Positions 20,171 through 30,016 of a stretch of 64,000 bases of DNA are shown here, in pieces (within the stretch, counting starts at the first letter, position 1; each line of letters begins with the position of its first letter). Source of the stretch: an uncultured virus (IMG/VR IMGVR_UViG_3300033076_001192) (lineage: Duplodnaviria; Heunggongvirae; Uroviricota; Caudoviricetes); the IMG/VR virus record IMGVR_UViG_3300033076_001192. One strand, given 5' to 3'. The translations under genes and the position numbers were made by a program. The notes beneath the pieces were generated by a model that was not told the DNA's origin, did no database searches, and saw only the letters and a list, made by a program, of their open reading frames with translations.

Positions 20171-21133
20171 ATGAATCAAACAATTAAAAAAGTAAATCAA
20201 GAAAGAGTACTTTTTATGGATATAGAAGATGTCCGTAGAAATAAGGAATTAGACATTAATTCAAGAGAATTTGAGTTGTTTCGTAAAAAAACACGAAACA
20301 GAGAGACAGATGAATATTTACCAAACGAGGAAGTTATCTTAGAATATCAAAAAAAGGGGGCATTAAAAATGTGCTACACTAAGATTGTAACAATTGGTGT
20401 TGGATTTATTAAAGATGGAGAAGTACACATTAAATCTTTAGAGGGGAGCGAAGAAGAAGTTATTAAACAGTTTTGTACTATTGCTCAGTCGTTTGATTTT
20501 ATTTGCGGTTCAAATCTAATTGCATTTGATGTACCGATGCTGATAAACAATGGTTATAGATATTTTGATGTATCAGAAGTACTGCCTGATAGATTTGTGA
20601 CATCAGGGAAGAAGCCTTGGGATTTAAAATCTTTAATTGATTTACAGGAAATTTTCAAAGGAACTCATTACTACGCAAGTTCTTTAGATGAAATGTGTTA
20701 TCACTTTGCTTTACCATCACCAAAATCTGATTTAGATGGTAGTATGGTTAGTGATGAGTATTGGAATAATGGTTTAGAGAAAATAAGTAAGTATGTTAAA
20801 CAAGATGTATTTGCTTGTGTAAATTTGTTCAAGAAAATGCGTTTTGAACAACCATTTGAAATATTTATTGATAAAAATGAAAAAGTGTCTTTAGAACCTT
20901 TTGTTGAAGAATTACCTCTATTACAAAGAATTTTCGCCACAAAAGAGATAACAGAAAAAGAAAAAACAGACCTAAAATCTTTAATCAGTAAAAGTAAACT
21001 GACTAAAAAAGATAAAGAGATTATTTTAGATTTAGTTAGAGCTTCTATGGCGGATATTGACCCTAATTTTGGGAAGGTTAAAAACGAGGCTCAGATAAAC
21101 GATATTATTAATGAATTAAAGACAGAGATTTGA
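20171..21133 (+). CDS. DEDD 3'-5' exonuclease (PolB-exonuclease-like)
   Basis: FMDIED, GSNLIAFDVP, SLDEMC, YVKQDV. Confidence 0.8.
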   Translation: MNQTIKKVNQERVLFMDIEDVRRNKELDINSREFELFRKKTRNRETDEYLPNEEVILEYQKKGALKMCYTKIVTIGVGFIKDGEVHIKSLEGSEEEVIKQFCTIAQSFDFICGSNLIAFDVPMLINNGYRYFDVSEVLPDRFVTSGKKPWDLKSLIDLQEIFKGTHYYASSLDEMCYHFALPSPKSDLDGSMVSDEYWNNGLEKISKYVKQDVFACVNLFKKMRFEQPFEIFIDKNEKVSLEPFVEELPLLQRIFATKEITEKEKTDLKSLISKSKLTKKDKEIILDLVRASMADIDPNFGKVKNEAQINDIINELKTEI

Positions 21134-21867
21134 AATTAGAAAAAATAGAACTTCCTAAGAAGTATGAATATGTAGAAGGTATTTCAAGACCTGAATATAA
21201 AAAGTTTGATGGTTGGAATAAAATCAGTTATAGTCAAAATGGTTCTTTTAAGGATTACAAAGACCAATATTTACAAGATTATATTCTAGGTTTTGGAAAT
21301 GGTGAAAGTGGTATTTTTGCAAGCTTTGGTTCAGATTGCGGTGATTATTTAAACCCTTATGATGATAGAGGAGAGTACCCCTTACTTTCAATAGAAGATA
21401 AAGTTATTTTAGATACATTAAAAAACAATCATCCAGAAGGTGCTAAATTTGAGTATGAGATTATAATTGATTTAGAACCTTTCGGTTTAGAAAAAACGTG
21501 TGTACAGGCTTTTACAGATAGGCAATACTATGTAGGTAATAAATTAAATGTAAATGACTACAAAACTTTAACTATTAAGACTAAAAAAGCTTATTATGAA
21601 TCAGATGATTATAAACAACTTTCTATTTATGGATATGGTTTAGAAGAATTAGGTTTTATTATTGGTGAAATGTATGTTGTAGGACTTGGAAGACTTGGAA
21701 ATACAATTGAAGTAGGTAATAAAAATGTTTTAAGACTTTCGGGAGAAATTATTAGAGTTGATAAACCCTATGACAGAGAAAAAGCAATTTTAGCTGTAAA
21801 AGAAATAGTAAAAAATTGTAAGGAAATAGCTGAATATTACAAGGTTTATAAAAAAGTGTTTACTTAG
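21130..21867 (+). CDS. PD-(D/E)XK exonuclease (RecB/Cas4-like)
   Basis: ISYSQ, AFTDR, VNDYKT, QLSIY. Confidence 0.7.
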   Translation: MKLEKIELPKKYEYVEGISRPEYKKFDGWNKISYSQNGSFKDYKDQYLQDYILGFGNGESGIFASFGSDCGDYLNPYDDRGEYPLLSIEDKVILDTLKNNHPEGAKFEYEIIIDLEPFGLEKTCVQAFTDRQYYVGNKLNVNDYKTLTIKTKKAYYESDDYKQLSIYGYGLEELGFIIGEMYVVGLGRLGNTIEVGNKNVLRLSGEIIRVDKPYDREKAILAVKEIVKNCKEIAEYYKVYKKVFT

Positions 21868-21934
21868 AATAAAAATATTTAGAAAAAAGTTTGCACAATA
21901 AAAAATAAAGTTTTATCTTTGTAGAAGAAATAAG

Positions 21935-22023
21935 AACAGAGGACGTCAGATATTCGCTTTGACATTAGAAAGTAGAGTTTAACGATTGAGGAAGTACAGT
22001 AATCAAAATTGCCTCTGTTTTTT
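21935..22023 (+). ncRNA. candidate small RNA or structured leader
   Basis: aacagagg/cctctgtt closing stem plus T-tract, downstream of TATCTTTG (21914-21921). Confidence 0.35.
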
Positions 22024-22055
22024 ATCTTTTTTGCGGAAAATTAAAAACAAAAAAT

Positions 22056-22271
22056 ATGAAAAAGTTAAAATTAGTAGAGGCTTTGAAAGAGGAAAAACAA
22101 AGATTACCTGAAACAAATATGTTTGAAGAACAGAATAATTTTAAAGATTATGAATTAGCTATAAAGTATTTAGAAACAGGTGAATATCCAGGAAATTATG
22201 ATGAGTATGATTTACTTTATGCTTGTATAGAAGATATAGAAACCTTATACTTAGATTACGATATTAATTAA
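22056..22271 (+). CDS. hypothetical protein
   Basis: ORF track. Confidence 0.6.
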   Translation: MKKLKLVEALKEEKQRLPETNMFEEQNNFKDYELAIKYLETGEYPGNYDEYDLLYACIEDIETLYLDYDIN

Positions 22272-22277
22272 AAAATT

Positions 22278-22559
22278 ATGAAAAAATTATTATTACTTTT
22301 AACAGTATCGTTATTATTCACGTCTTGTGCAGACAAAACAGTAATAACACAAGTTATGGAAACACATCAATATGGATTTTGGGGAGGATTATGGCATGGA
22401 ATTATTGCACCATTTGACCTTATAGGGTCATTAATTTGGGATGATGTCACAGTGTATGCAGAACATAATAATGGAGCTTGGTATGCTTTTGGTTTTGTAT
22501 TAGGAGTTGGAGGTTTTAGTACATCAGCTAAAGAAAGTGTAAAATATGTAAACAAATAA
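22278..22559 (+). CDS. predicted lipoprotein/membrane protein
   Basis: MKK-hydrophobic-FTSC lipobox; GFWGGLWHG; YAFGFVLG. Confidence 0.7.
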   Translation: MKKLLLLLTVSLLFTSCADKTVITQVMETHQYGFWGGLWHGIIAPFDLIGSLIWDDVTVYAEHNNGAWYAFGFVLGVGGFSTSAKESVKYVNK

Positions 22560-23362
22560 ATTATGGACTTATTAGAATTAATGCACGACTATATTAATCA
22601 ATATGGTATAATGGGAAGTTTCTTAGACTATTGTCAAGATGATTGCGATTTAGATAGGGATGAAGTAGAAGAAGCTATAGAACAACACTTTTACGGTGGA
22701 TAAAAAAAAGAAAATAATTATGATAAAAAGTATATCAGAACAGGAAATAGAACAGCAGATAAGAGAAACAGAAAAAATTGGCGAAGAAGTAGTACGATAT
22801 TTAGATATGTATAAAGGACAACTTATTTATAATGAAATTGCATTAGCTATTGAATTCGGGTATCAATTATGTTTAAAAAATCAATAAATTATAGAAAGAA
22901 AAGTAAATAAGGCAATATATGGTATCACAGATAATTCTATTTTTATATTAAAAATATTAACTGGAATTATTACAGGAGTAAGTTATTCTGAGGAACATTC
23001 CCCGAAAATATGAAATTACTTTTGGAAAAAACAGAGTTTAGGTTAATAAAATAGCTGAATTTAAAAATGAACTTAGCAGAATTAAAAAGAGTTTCAGAAA
23101 CTCTTTTTTTAACATTAAAATATAATTAAATAATGGTTAAAAAGATATTTAATAATAAAAAGGTATTAATTTTATACCACTTATATATTTTATGGACTTT
23201 GTGTCACTTAATGAAACCTTTTACAGTAATAGTAAACAAAGAAAATTATATAGAACGAAAAATGAAAGCAGAATAGTATGGAAGCTATTAAAGTGCGTCT
23301 CAATAATACCAAGACGTCTATTCTGCCTTTAAAAAGAAGATAATAATTTAAAAACAGAAATT

Positions 23363-24175
23363 ATGAAAACGAAACAAAACGTAGAAAAATTCAAAGTTAC
23401 ACCAGTAAATTTAGTAACAGGTTCAAAAGCACCTTCATTTGTTTTTGAATATCAAAAGAATAATAATGTAGATTTGAAAAGAATCGCAAAAGAAGAAGCT
23501 CAATCATCTTCGAGACTTAGTTCTTATGAAACTTGGGATTTTCAAGTAGAAAAGATTTAAAAGGTGACAGACGAGGAGTTTAATAAATTAAGTGGGTTTG
23601 AAAAAGAATGTAAAGTAGTTGCTTTTTACAATAAAGGGTGGAAACCTAATTGGGAAGATTCTAATGAGGTAAAATATATTCCTTATTTTTACATGGACAA
23701 CTTTCGTTCGTACTGCGTGTATTGCTACTACTCTTGTTCTCTTGTTTCTTCGCGCCTCTGTTTTAAAAGTGAAAAAGATGCTAAGGAAGCAGTAGAAAAC
23801 TATTTTGAAATTTTTAAACAATCAAGAACAGAATTTTAATATTATGAAAATATGAACGAAATATTTATAAAAACTAATTCAGAAAAAATTCAATTAGATG
23901 ATAAGTACTCATTACAACCAGACGGATTTAAAGGTTTGGTATTAGTTTTTGAAGAGCAAAGGGTACGCGAAAAAATTGATGTAAAAACAAAGGAAAAGAC
24001 AGGAGAGACAGAGCAATATACCTACACAGATAAATGGTATCATCCAAAACTATCTCAGTCTTTAAGTAAATACCTCCAATTAACAACATTAGAAGCAAAA
24101 ACAATTGAAGAATTAAAAGATATTGTTCTAAGAGTAGAGGATAAAATTAACAGCATAAAAGAAAATTACAAATAA
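23363..24175 (+). CDS. three small genes (23363-23560, 23564-23839, 23852-24175)
   Basis: ORF track; the middle gene has WKPNW..KYIPYF...SRLCFKS. Confidence 0.65.
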
Positions 24176-24190
24176 ATATGATAATAAACA

Positions 24191-24685
24191 ATGAACAAAC
24201 TAATATTAACAGTATTTTTAGCTATCGGGATGGTAGTAAATGCGCAAAACAGAGAATATTTCAAATTCAATGTAGAGGTAGACCCCTCGGCAACAGTTAA
24301 AGAAAAATCTCCTAATTTAAATTTCAGTTTAGAAGTTATATCTTACTGGAAATATGCGAAAGTATCTACTCAATTCTTACCTGGTTTAAAAGGAGGGTAT
24401 TTAGATTTTGGAGGAGGAGTTGGAATTACAACAACAGTAGATAGATTTGATAAAGTTAGAGTTTACGGTGGGGGTAGACTTGGACTTATAAAAAGAGGTT
24501 TTAATGAAAATAAAACTTTCACTTATCCTTTAGCAGGTTTAGAAGCAGGAGTGGATTATAATATAAATGATAATATTTCAATAGGTGTTAGAAGTACAGG
24601 AGACTATAGAAGTGACTTCAAGTATTCTGGAGCTAATCCTTCTATGAGATATTCTAGTTTTTTAAAAATAGGTTTTACATTATAA
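24191..24685 (+). CDS. outer-membrane beta-barrel protein with signal peptide
   Basis: signal peptide ending VNA-Q; alternating Gly/aromatic strands; AGLEAGVDY; C-terminal KIGFTL. Confidence 0.7.
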   Translation: MNKLILTVFLAIGMVVNAQNREYFKFNVEVDPSATVKEKSPNLNFSLEVISYWKYAKVSTQFLPGLKGGYLDFGGGVGITTTVDRFDKVRVYGGGRLGLIKRGFNENKTFTYPLAGLEAGVDYNINDNISIGVRSTGDYRSDFKYSGANPSMRYSSFLKIGFTL

Positions 24686-24744
24686 AATAAAAATTAATAG
24701 ATAACAAAGTATTTAATGTATTTGTATATTTCAAAACTTTATAT

Positions 24745-24752
24745 TACTTTTG
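24745..24752 (+). promoter_or_regulatory. Bacteroidota-type promoter (TACTTTTG; TTTG at 24721)
   Basis: consensus match upstream of the RNR leader. Confidence 0.65.
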
Positions 24753-24832
24753 TATCAGAGCTGTCCGAGATAGCTGTAGCATGCACAGTCCTTCTGAATA
24801 AGGAACATCGCCACAAACATATAACCACAATA

Positions 24833-24868
24833 TACCCTCGTCGCAATTTAAAATGACGAGGGTTTTTT
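24833..24868 (+). terminator. intrinsic terminator upstream of the RNR gene
   Basis: accctcgtc/gacgagggt stem plus T7 tract. Confidence 0.75.
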
Positions 24869-24916
24869 ATCTTAAATAATTAACAATATGAAAACAAAAA
24901 CAGGGATTTAAAAGCG

Positions 24917-27900
24917 ATGAACAAAGGAAAAGAGTTATTAAGTAATTTAAAATTTTATGAATCTTACTCAAAATATAGAGAAGATTTAGGAAGAAAAGAG
25001 ACGTGGGAAGAATCTGTTGATAGCGTAATGGAAATGCATTATAATAAGTTTAAGCACTTACCTGAACTATTACCATATTTAGACTCAGCAACACAATCTT
25101 ATAAAAATAAGCAAATTTTAGCTTCTCAAAGAAACTTACAATTTAGAGGAGATAGTATCAGTAAACATAATGTAAAACTTTTTAATTGCAGTTCTACATA
25201 TATTGACAGACCTGAAGTTTTTAAACAAATTATGTATATCTTACTAAATGGATGTGGTGCAGGTTATTCTGTTGAGAAGAGGTTTGTTAATAAATTACCA
25301 ACATTAAAAAAGAGAAAAGATGAGACTATAACTCATGTCATTGAAGATAGTGTAGAAGGTTGGTCATTAGCTGTAGATGCCTTAATGATGTCTTTTTTTA
25401 ATGGTAGCGAACAGATTAGATTTGATGGTTCTTTAGTCAGACCTGAAGGGGCTTATATTTCAGGGGGGTTTAAAGCTCCTGGGTTTGAACCTTTGAGAAG
25501 GTCTTTAGAGTTAATAGAAACATTATTAAACAGTAGAGTTAATAATGGGCAAGACAAACTATCAACTTTAGATGCACACGACATTGTATGTCACATAGCC
25601 GATGCTGTTTTAAGTGGGGGAATTAGACGCTCGGCTTTAATTTGTCTATTTGATAAAGACGATGAGCTAATGCTTAAATGTAAAACAGGCAGTTGGTTTT
25701 ATGATAACCCTCAAAGAGGGCGAGCGAATAACAGTATAAAACTATTAAAAACAGAACTTACAGAAGAGGAGTTCGAAACGTATAAAGAAAGCATTAAACA
25801 ATTTGGAGAACCTGGGGTTGTATTAGTAGATGATATAGATTTTTGTACAAACCCATGCGTAACAAAAGATACAATTGTCACTACAAGTACAGGGTCTTTT
25901 GCGGTAGAAAAATTAATCGGTAAGGCTTTCAATGCTGTTGTAGACGGAGTAGAGTATAAATCCTCCGCCGAAGGGTTTTGGTCTAATGGTGTTAAAGATG
26001 TATATTTGCTTGAAACAATTGAAGGATACACTTTAAAACTTACAGATAACCATAAATTAAAGACACTTAATGGGTGGAAAGAGTTAAAGGATATAACGCC
26101 TTCTGATAAAATTTTCATTAACAATCATTTAAACCTTAGTTGGGGGAATGTTACTACGGAAGATTTTAATAAAGGGTGGTTATTAGGAAATTTAATAGGA
26201 GATGGGACTTTTAATCCAAAAAATGAATCAGCGGTACTTAGGTATTGGGGTAAAGAGAATTACTTGGCAAAATTTGTCAAAGAAGTGTTGAATAAAGATT
26301 TTAGAGAAGGTAAGCCTTTTTCTGCTAATTCTGAAAAAGAAATTGTCTCTGTTGAAAGCAAGGCATTGGCAAAGTTAGCTAAAGAGTATGGGATACTTCC
26401 TAATGATAAGACTCCTAATAGTAAAATAGAGGAAACTTCTTCTTCTTTTTATGCAGGATTTTTATCAGGCATATTTGACGCAGATGGGTCTGTACAAGGA
26501 AGTTTAAAGAAAGGAGTGTCTATTAGATTGACTCAAAACAATATTGAAACATTAAGAACAGTGCAACGTATGCTCTTAAAGTTAGGCATCCGTTCCAAGT
26601 TGTATAAAAACAGAAGAGCTGAAGGATTTTACAGCTTACCTGATGGGAAAGGTAACAACAAGGAGTATTTTTGTAAGAGTGTACATGAATTAGTTATTAG
26701 TAGAGAATCTTTATTAGTTTTTAAAGAAAGAGTTGGCTTTAAATCAATTGCTAAACAAGACATTTTAGAGGAGTTATTGTCTAAGTTTACAAGAAAACTG
26801 TATAAAGACGACATGTTCTGTAGAATAAGTACTGTAGAGTACTTAGGTAAAGAAGAAGTGTTTGATGTAACCGTAGAAGATGTCCATGCATTTGACGCTA
26901 ACGGAATTGTAGCACATAATTGTGGAGAAATTGGATTTATACCTGTTAATCCTAAAAATGGGAAATCTTGTATTTCTTTTTGTAATTTAAATGAGATTAA
27001 TGGTGGTTTATGTAATACTCCTGCTAAATTTTATGAAGCTTGTAAAAACGCATCTATTTTAGGGACACTACAAGCATCATATACAAATATGCCATTTTTA
27101 GGAGTTGACACAGAAGAACTTATTAATGAAGAAGCTTTAATTGGAGTATCTATTACAGGTATTATGGATAATCCTAAAGTATTACTATCACCTGAAGTTT
27201 TAAGAAAAGGTGCTGAAATTGTGAATCAAGTTAACGAAGAGGTTGCTAAAATTATAGGTATTAATCCTGCGGCAAGAACAACAACAGTAAAACCTTCAGG
27301 AAACGCTTCTGTAATTTTAGGCACTTCTTCAGGAATTCATCCTGCACATTCAAAAAGATATTTTAGAATTATGCAAATGAATAAACAAACAGAAGTAGCT
27401 AAAGTATTAGCAGAAAACAATTCGGTTCTATTAGAAAACTCTGTTTGGAGTGCTTCAGGTAACGATTATGCTGTGTATTTACCGATTGAAGAAAATGAAG
27501 GTTCATTGTTTAAAGATGATTTATCAGATATTGATTTTGTAAAAGCAGTAGAAACAGTTTATCAAAATTGGGTATTGGTTGGAAACCATAAAGACAGAGG
27601 ATATTCAAACAGAGTAACACATAATGTATCTAATACAATCACTGTACAAGATTGGGATAATTTATTTGACCACATTTACAAGAATAAAGAATATTTCTGT
27701 GGGTTGTCTTTTATGCCAAGTTTAGGTGATAAAGTTTATAAGCAAAGTCCTTTTACAAAAGTGCTATCATTTGATGAAATAGTTTCTAAATATGGGACAG
27801 GTAGTTTATTTGCTTCAGGATTAATTGTAGATTCGTTACATGCATTTAACAATGATTTGTGGGACACTTGTCAAGCAGTAGTTGACAGAAACTTTGAATT

Positions 27901-28165
27901 GTCGGGCGATAGATATAAAGTACTGTTAAAGAAAGATGTTGTTAGAAGAATTAAAAAATTTGCAAAAAGTTATTTTAAAAATGACTTAGAAATGGCAGTC
28001 ACTTGTTTGAAAGATGTTCATTTATTCCATAAGTGGTCTATAATTACAAGGGATTACAAGAAAATTGATTTTACGGAGATTGACTTTAAACCTTCTTTTA
28101 TTGCTGTAGATACATTAGGAGCTGTTGCATGTAGCTCAGGGGCTTGTGAACTTACTTCAATTTAA
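24917..28165 (+). CDS. nrdJ: ribonucleotide reductase, probably class II (B12-dependent), containing an intein
   Basis: FNCS, GGIRRSALI, TNPC/CGEI, FCNLNEIN, TTVKPSG, C-terminal CSSGAC; no nrdB nearby. Confidence 0.82.
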   Translation: MNKGKELLSNLKFYESYSKYREDLGRKETWEESVDSVMEMHYNKFKHLPELLPYLDSATQSYKNKQILASQRNLQFRGDSISKHNVKLFNCSSTYIDRPEVFKQIMYILLNGCGAGYSVEKRFVNKLPTLKKRKDETITHVIEDSVEGWSLAVDALMMSFFNGSEQIRFDGSLVRPEGAYISGGFKAPGFEPLRRSLELIETLLNSRVNNGQDKLSTLDAHDIVCHIADAVLSGGIRRSALICLFDKDDELMLKCKTGSWFYDNPQRGRANNSIKLLKTELTEEEFETYKESIKQFGEPGVVLVDDIDFCTNPCVTKDTIVTTSTGSFAVEKLIGKAFNAVVDGVEYKSSAEGFWSNGVKDVYLLETIEGYTLKLTDNHKLKTLNGWKELKDITPSDKIFINNHLNLSWGNVTTEDFNKGWLLGNLIGDGTFNPKNESAVLRYWGKENYLAKFVKEVLNKDFREGKPFSANSEKEIVSVESKALAKLAKEYGILPNDKTPNSKIEETSSSFYAGFLSGIFDADGSVQGSLKKGVSIRLTQNNIETLRTVQRMLLKLGIRSKLYKNRRAEGFYSLPDGKGNNKEYFCKSVHELVISRESLLVFKERVGFKSIAKQDILEELLSKFTRKLYKDDMFCRISTVEYLGKEEVFDVTVEDVHAFDANGIVAHNCGEIGFIPVNPKNGKSCISFCNLNEINGGLCNTPAKFYEACKNASILGTLQASYTNMPFLGVDTEELINEEALIGVSITGIMDNPKVLLSPEVLRKGAEIVNQVNEEVAKIIGINPAARTTTVKPSGNASVILGTSSGIHPAHSKRYFRIMQMNKQTEVAKVLAENNSVLLENSVWSASGNDYAVYLPIEENEGSLFKDDLSDIDFVKAVETVYQNWVLVGNHKDRGYSNRVTHNVSNTITVQDWDNLFDHIYKNKEYFCGLSFMPSLGDKVYKQSPFTKVLSFDEIVSKYGTGSLFASGLIVDSLHAFNNDLWDTCQAVVDRNFELSGDRYKVLLKKDVVRRIKKFAKSYFKNDLEMAVTCLKDVHLFHKWSIITRDYKKIDFTEIDFKPSFIAVDTLGAVACSSGACELTSI
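25856..26920 (+). mobile_element. intein with LAGLIDADG homing endonuclease (355 aa)
   Basis: starts CVTKDT, has LTDNH, LLGNLIGDG, FLSGIFDADG, ends VFDVTV...IVAHN before Cys; splits the NPCGE motif. Confidence 0.93.
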
Positions 28166-28169
28166 TATT

Positions 28170-28346
28170 ATGAAACAAGATTGGATATTTGAACAATATG
28201 TAAGAGAAAAAAGTAAAAATAAACTATTGCCAACAGATTTTTATTGGGAACAAGGTAATATGATTTTTACAGAATCTTACCACCAAAGAAGAGGATATTG
28301 TTGTAATAATGGGTGCAGACATTGCCCGTATAAAAAAGAAGAATAA
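28170..28346 (+). CDS. small Cys-rich protein (DUF5522-like)
   Basis: FTESYHQRRGYCCNNGCRHCPY. Confidence 0.7.
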   Translation: MKQDWIFEQYVREKSKNKLLPTDFYWEQGNMIFTESYHQRRGYCCNNGCRHCPYKKEE

Positions 28347-28571
28347 ATGAAAGACATATTAGTATTTACAAAAAATGGTTGCCCTCCATGCAATGCTTTA
28401 AAACCTATAATTTCAGAGTTTGAAAATGTAACTTTCTTAGACGCAATAGAAAATATGGAAAAATACAATTTAAGGCAAGCACCAACAGTGGTGTTCTTAA
28501 AAGATGGAGTAGAAACAAATAGGTTCACAGGATTTAAAACGAAAGAAGAAATCCTTTCTTATTTAGAATAA
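28347..28571 (+). CDS. thioredoxin/glutaredoxin
   Basis: CPPC, APTVV, RFTG; adjacent to the RNR. Confidence 0.88.
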   Translation: MKDILVFTKNGCPPCNALKPIISEFENVTFLDAIENMEKYNLRQAPTVVFLKDGVETNRFTGFKTKEEILSYLE

Positions 28572-28580
28572 TTATAAATT

Positions 28581-28601
28581 AGCCCCTAGTGGGCTTTTTT
28601 T
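28581..28601 (+). terminator. intrinsic terminator
   Basis: agccc-ctagt-gggct plus T-tract. Confidence 0.7.
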
Positions 28602-28664
28602 ATTAAATTTATTTTGTTATTTGTTTTTTCCGCCGTACATTTGCAGAGTAAAATAAAACAGATT

Positions 28665-29620
28665 ATGAGAATTTTTATAAAAATACACAGTAAAGAAGTA
28701 GATAATTACAATACGTCAAAAGTAGAACTTAAAAACATAAAAAATATTGTCCCAAGAGAAGGGGAAAGGGTAACAGTTGATAAAATAGGATATGACGTAA
28801 AAAGTGTGCATTATAACTTTGATAATGAAGAAATAACAATAACAGTTTTATAATTATGAAAAACATACACGTATTACCAACAGACAAACCAAGTAGGTTA
28901 TATCTTGATGAAAATAAAAAATTACAATATATTCCAGTAGTACAATATAATTATAATAACTGTGTAAATATTTTTATTACATCTTCTGATGAAGAAATTA
29001 AAGAAGGAGATTGGTGTATAGGAGTTATAGGAACATTAATTAAAATTAATAAAAAATCTCTTGATTTAATTAAAAATTTAAAAGTAAAACCTAATTGGAA
29101 AAAAATTATCCTAACAACAGACCAAAAATTAATCAAAAGTGGTGTACAAGAAATTGATGATAAATTTTTAAAGTATTTTATTAATAATCCGAGTTGTGAG
29201 AGTGTTAAGGTTGAAAAATACAACGAATTAGGATATGCTCACGGTATAGGAAGAAGTTGTTTTTATAAACGTTACAAAATAATAATTCCAAAAGAAGAAC
29301 CTAAACAAAAAATTGAAAATCATTATTTGTCTACACTAGACCCTTTAACTGATATTTCTAGAATGAAATTAGATAATCATCCTGATTTACATAAACAAGA
29401 AACACTTGAAGAAGTTGCTAAAAGTTTGTTCTCAAATATGCCTTATCAAATAAGTACTTCAACAGCAAAAAACAAAGCATTAGAACTTGTTAAATGGCAA
29501 CAAGAGAGAAGTTATAGTGAGGAAGAGGTTTTAGAAATAATAGATTCATTATTTCACCAATATGCAAGTTCCTTTAGAATAGATGCTAAAGAATATTTTT
29601 TACAATTTAAAAAGAAATAA
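28665..29620 (+). CDS. two hypothetical genes (about 28665-28853, 28856-29620)
   Basis: ORFs downstream of TACATTTG (28636-28643). Confidence 0.65.
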
Positions 29621-29641
29621 AAGTAACATAAAAATTTATTT

Positions 29642-30016
29642 ATGTCTGTAATAAAAATAGCAGTAGTAGGTAGTCGTTCAATAACAGATGTAGATTATGT
29701 TTTTTCTGTTCTTGATTTTTATTTGAGCCGACTTTTAAAAGAGAATGAATGTATTATAGTATCAGGTGGTGCTATAGGAGTAGACTCCCTTGCTACAAAA
29801 TTCGCAGAACTAAGGAAATTAAAAACAGAAATATATCTACCTGATTATAAACAACACGGGAAATCTGCAACATTTATAAGAAATCAACAAATAGTAGATA
29901 ATTCAGACTACTTAATTGCAATAACAACAGGTTCAAATGGTACTGCTGATAGTATAAAAAGAGCTAATAAAAAAGGAATACCAATTAAAATAATTCAATA
30001 TGATATACAACAGTGA
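29642..30016 (+). CDS. SLOG/YspA-like (DprA-related) nucleotide-binding protein
   Basis: IAVVGSR, IVSGGAIGVD, FIRNQQIV, GSNGT. Confidence 0.8.
   Translation: MSVIKIAVVGSRSITDVDYVFSVLDFYLSRLLKENECIIVSGGAIGVDSLATKFAELRKLKTEIYLPDYKQHGKSATFIRNQQIVDNSDYLIAITTGSNGTADSIKRANKKGIPIKIIQYDIQQ

Noticed and set aside
21935..22020. DGR template repeat for the 23701-23764 segment (shared gcctctgtttt)
   Set aside because: Similarity is limited to about 11 nt; the upstream sequence does not align with A-only differences
24757..24813. tRNA (sequence ends in GCCA after a T-arm-like hairpin)
   Set aside because: No 7-bp acceptor stem, anticodon arm or TTC loop; kept only as a leader candidate
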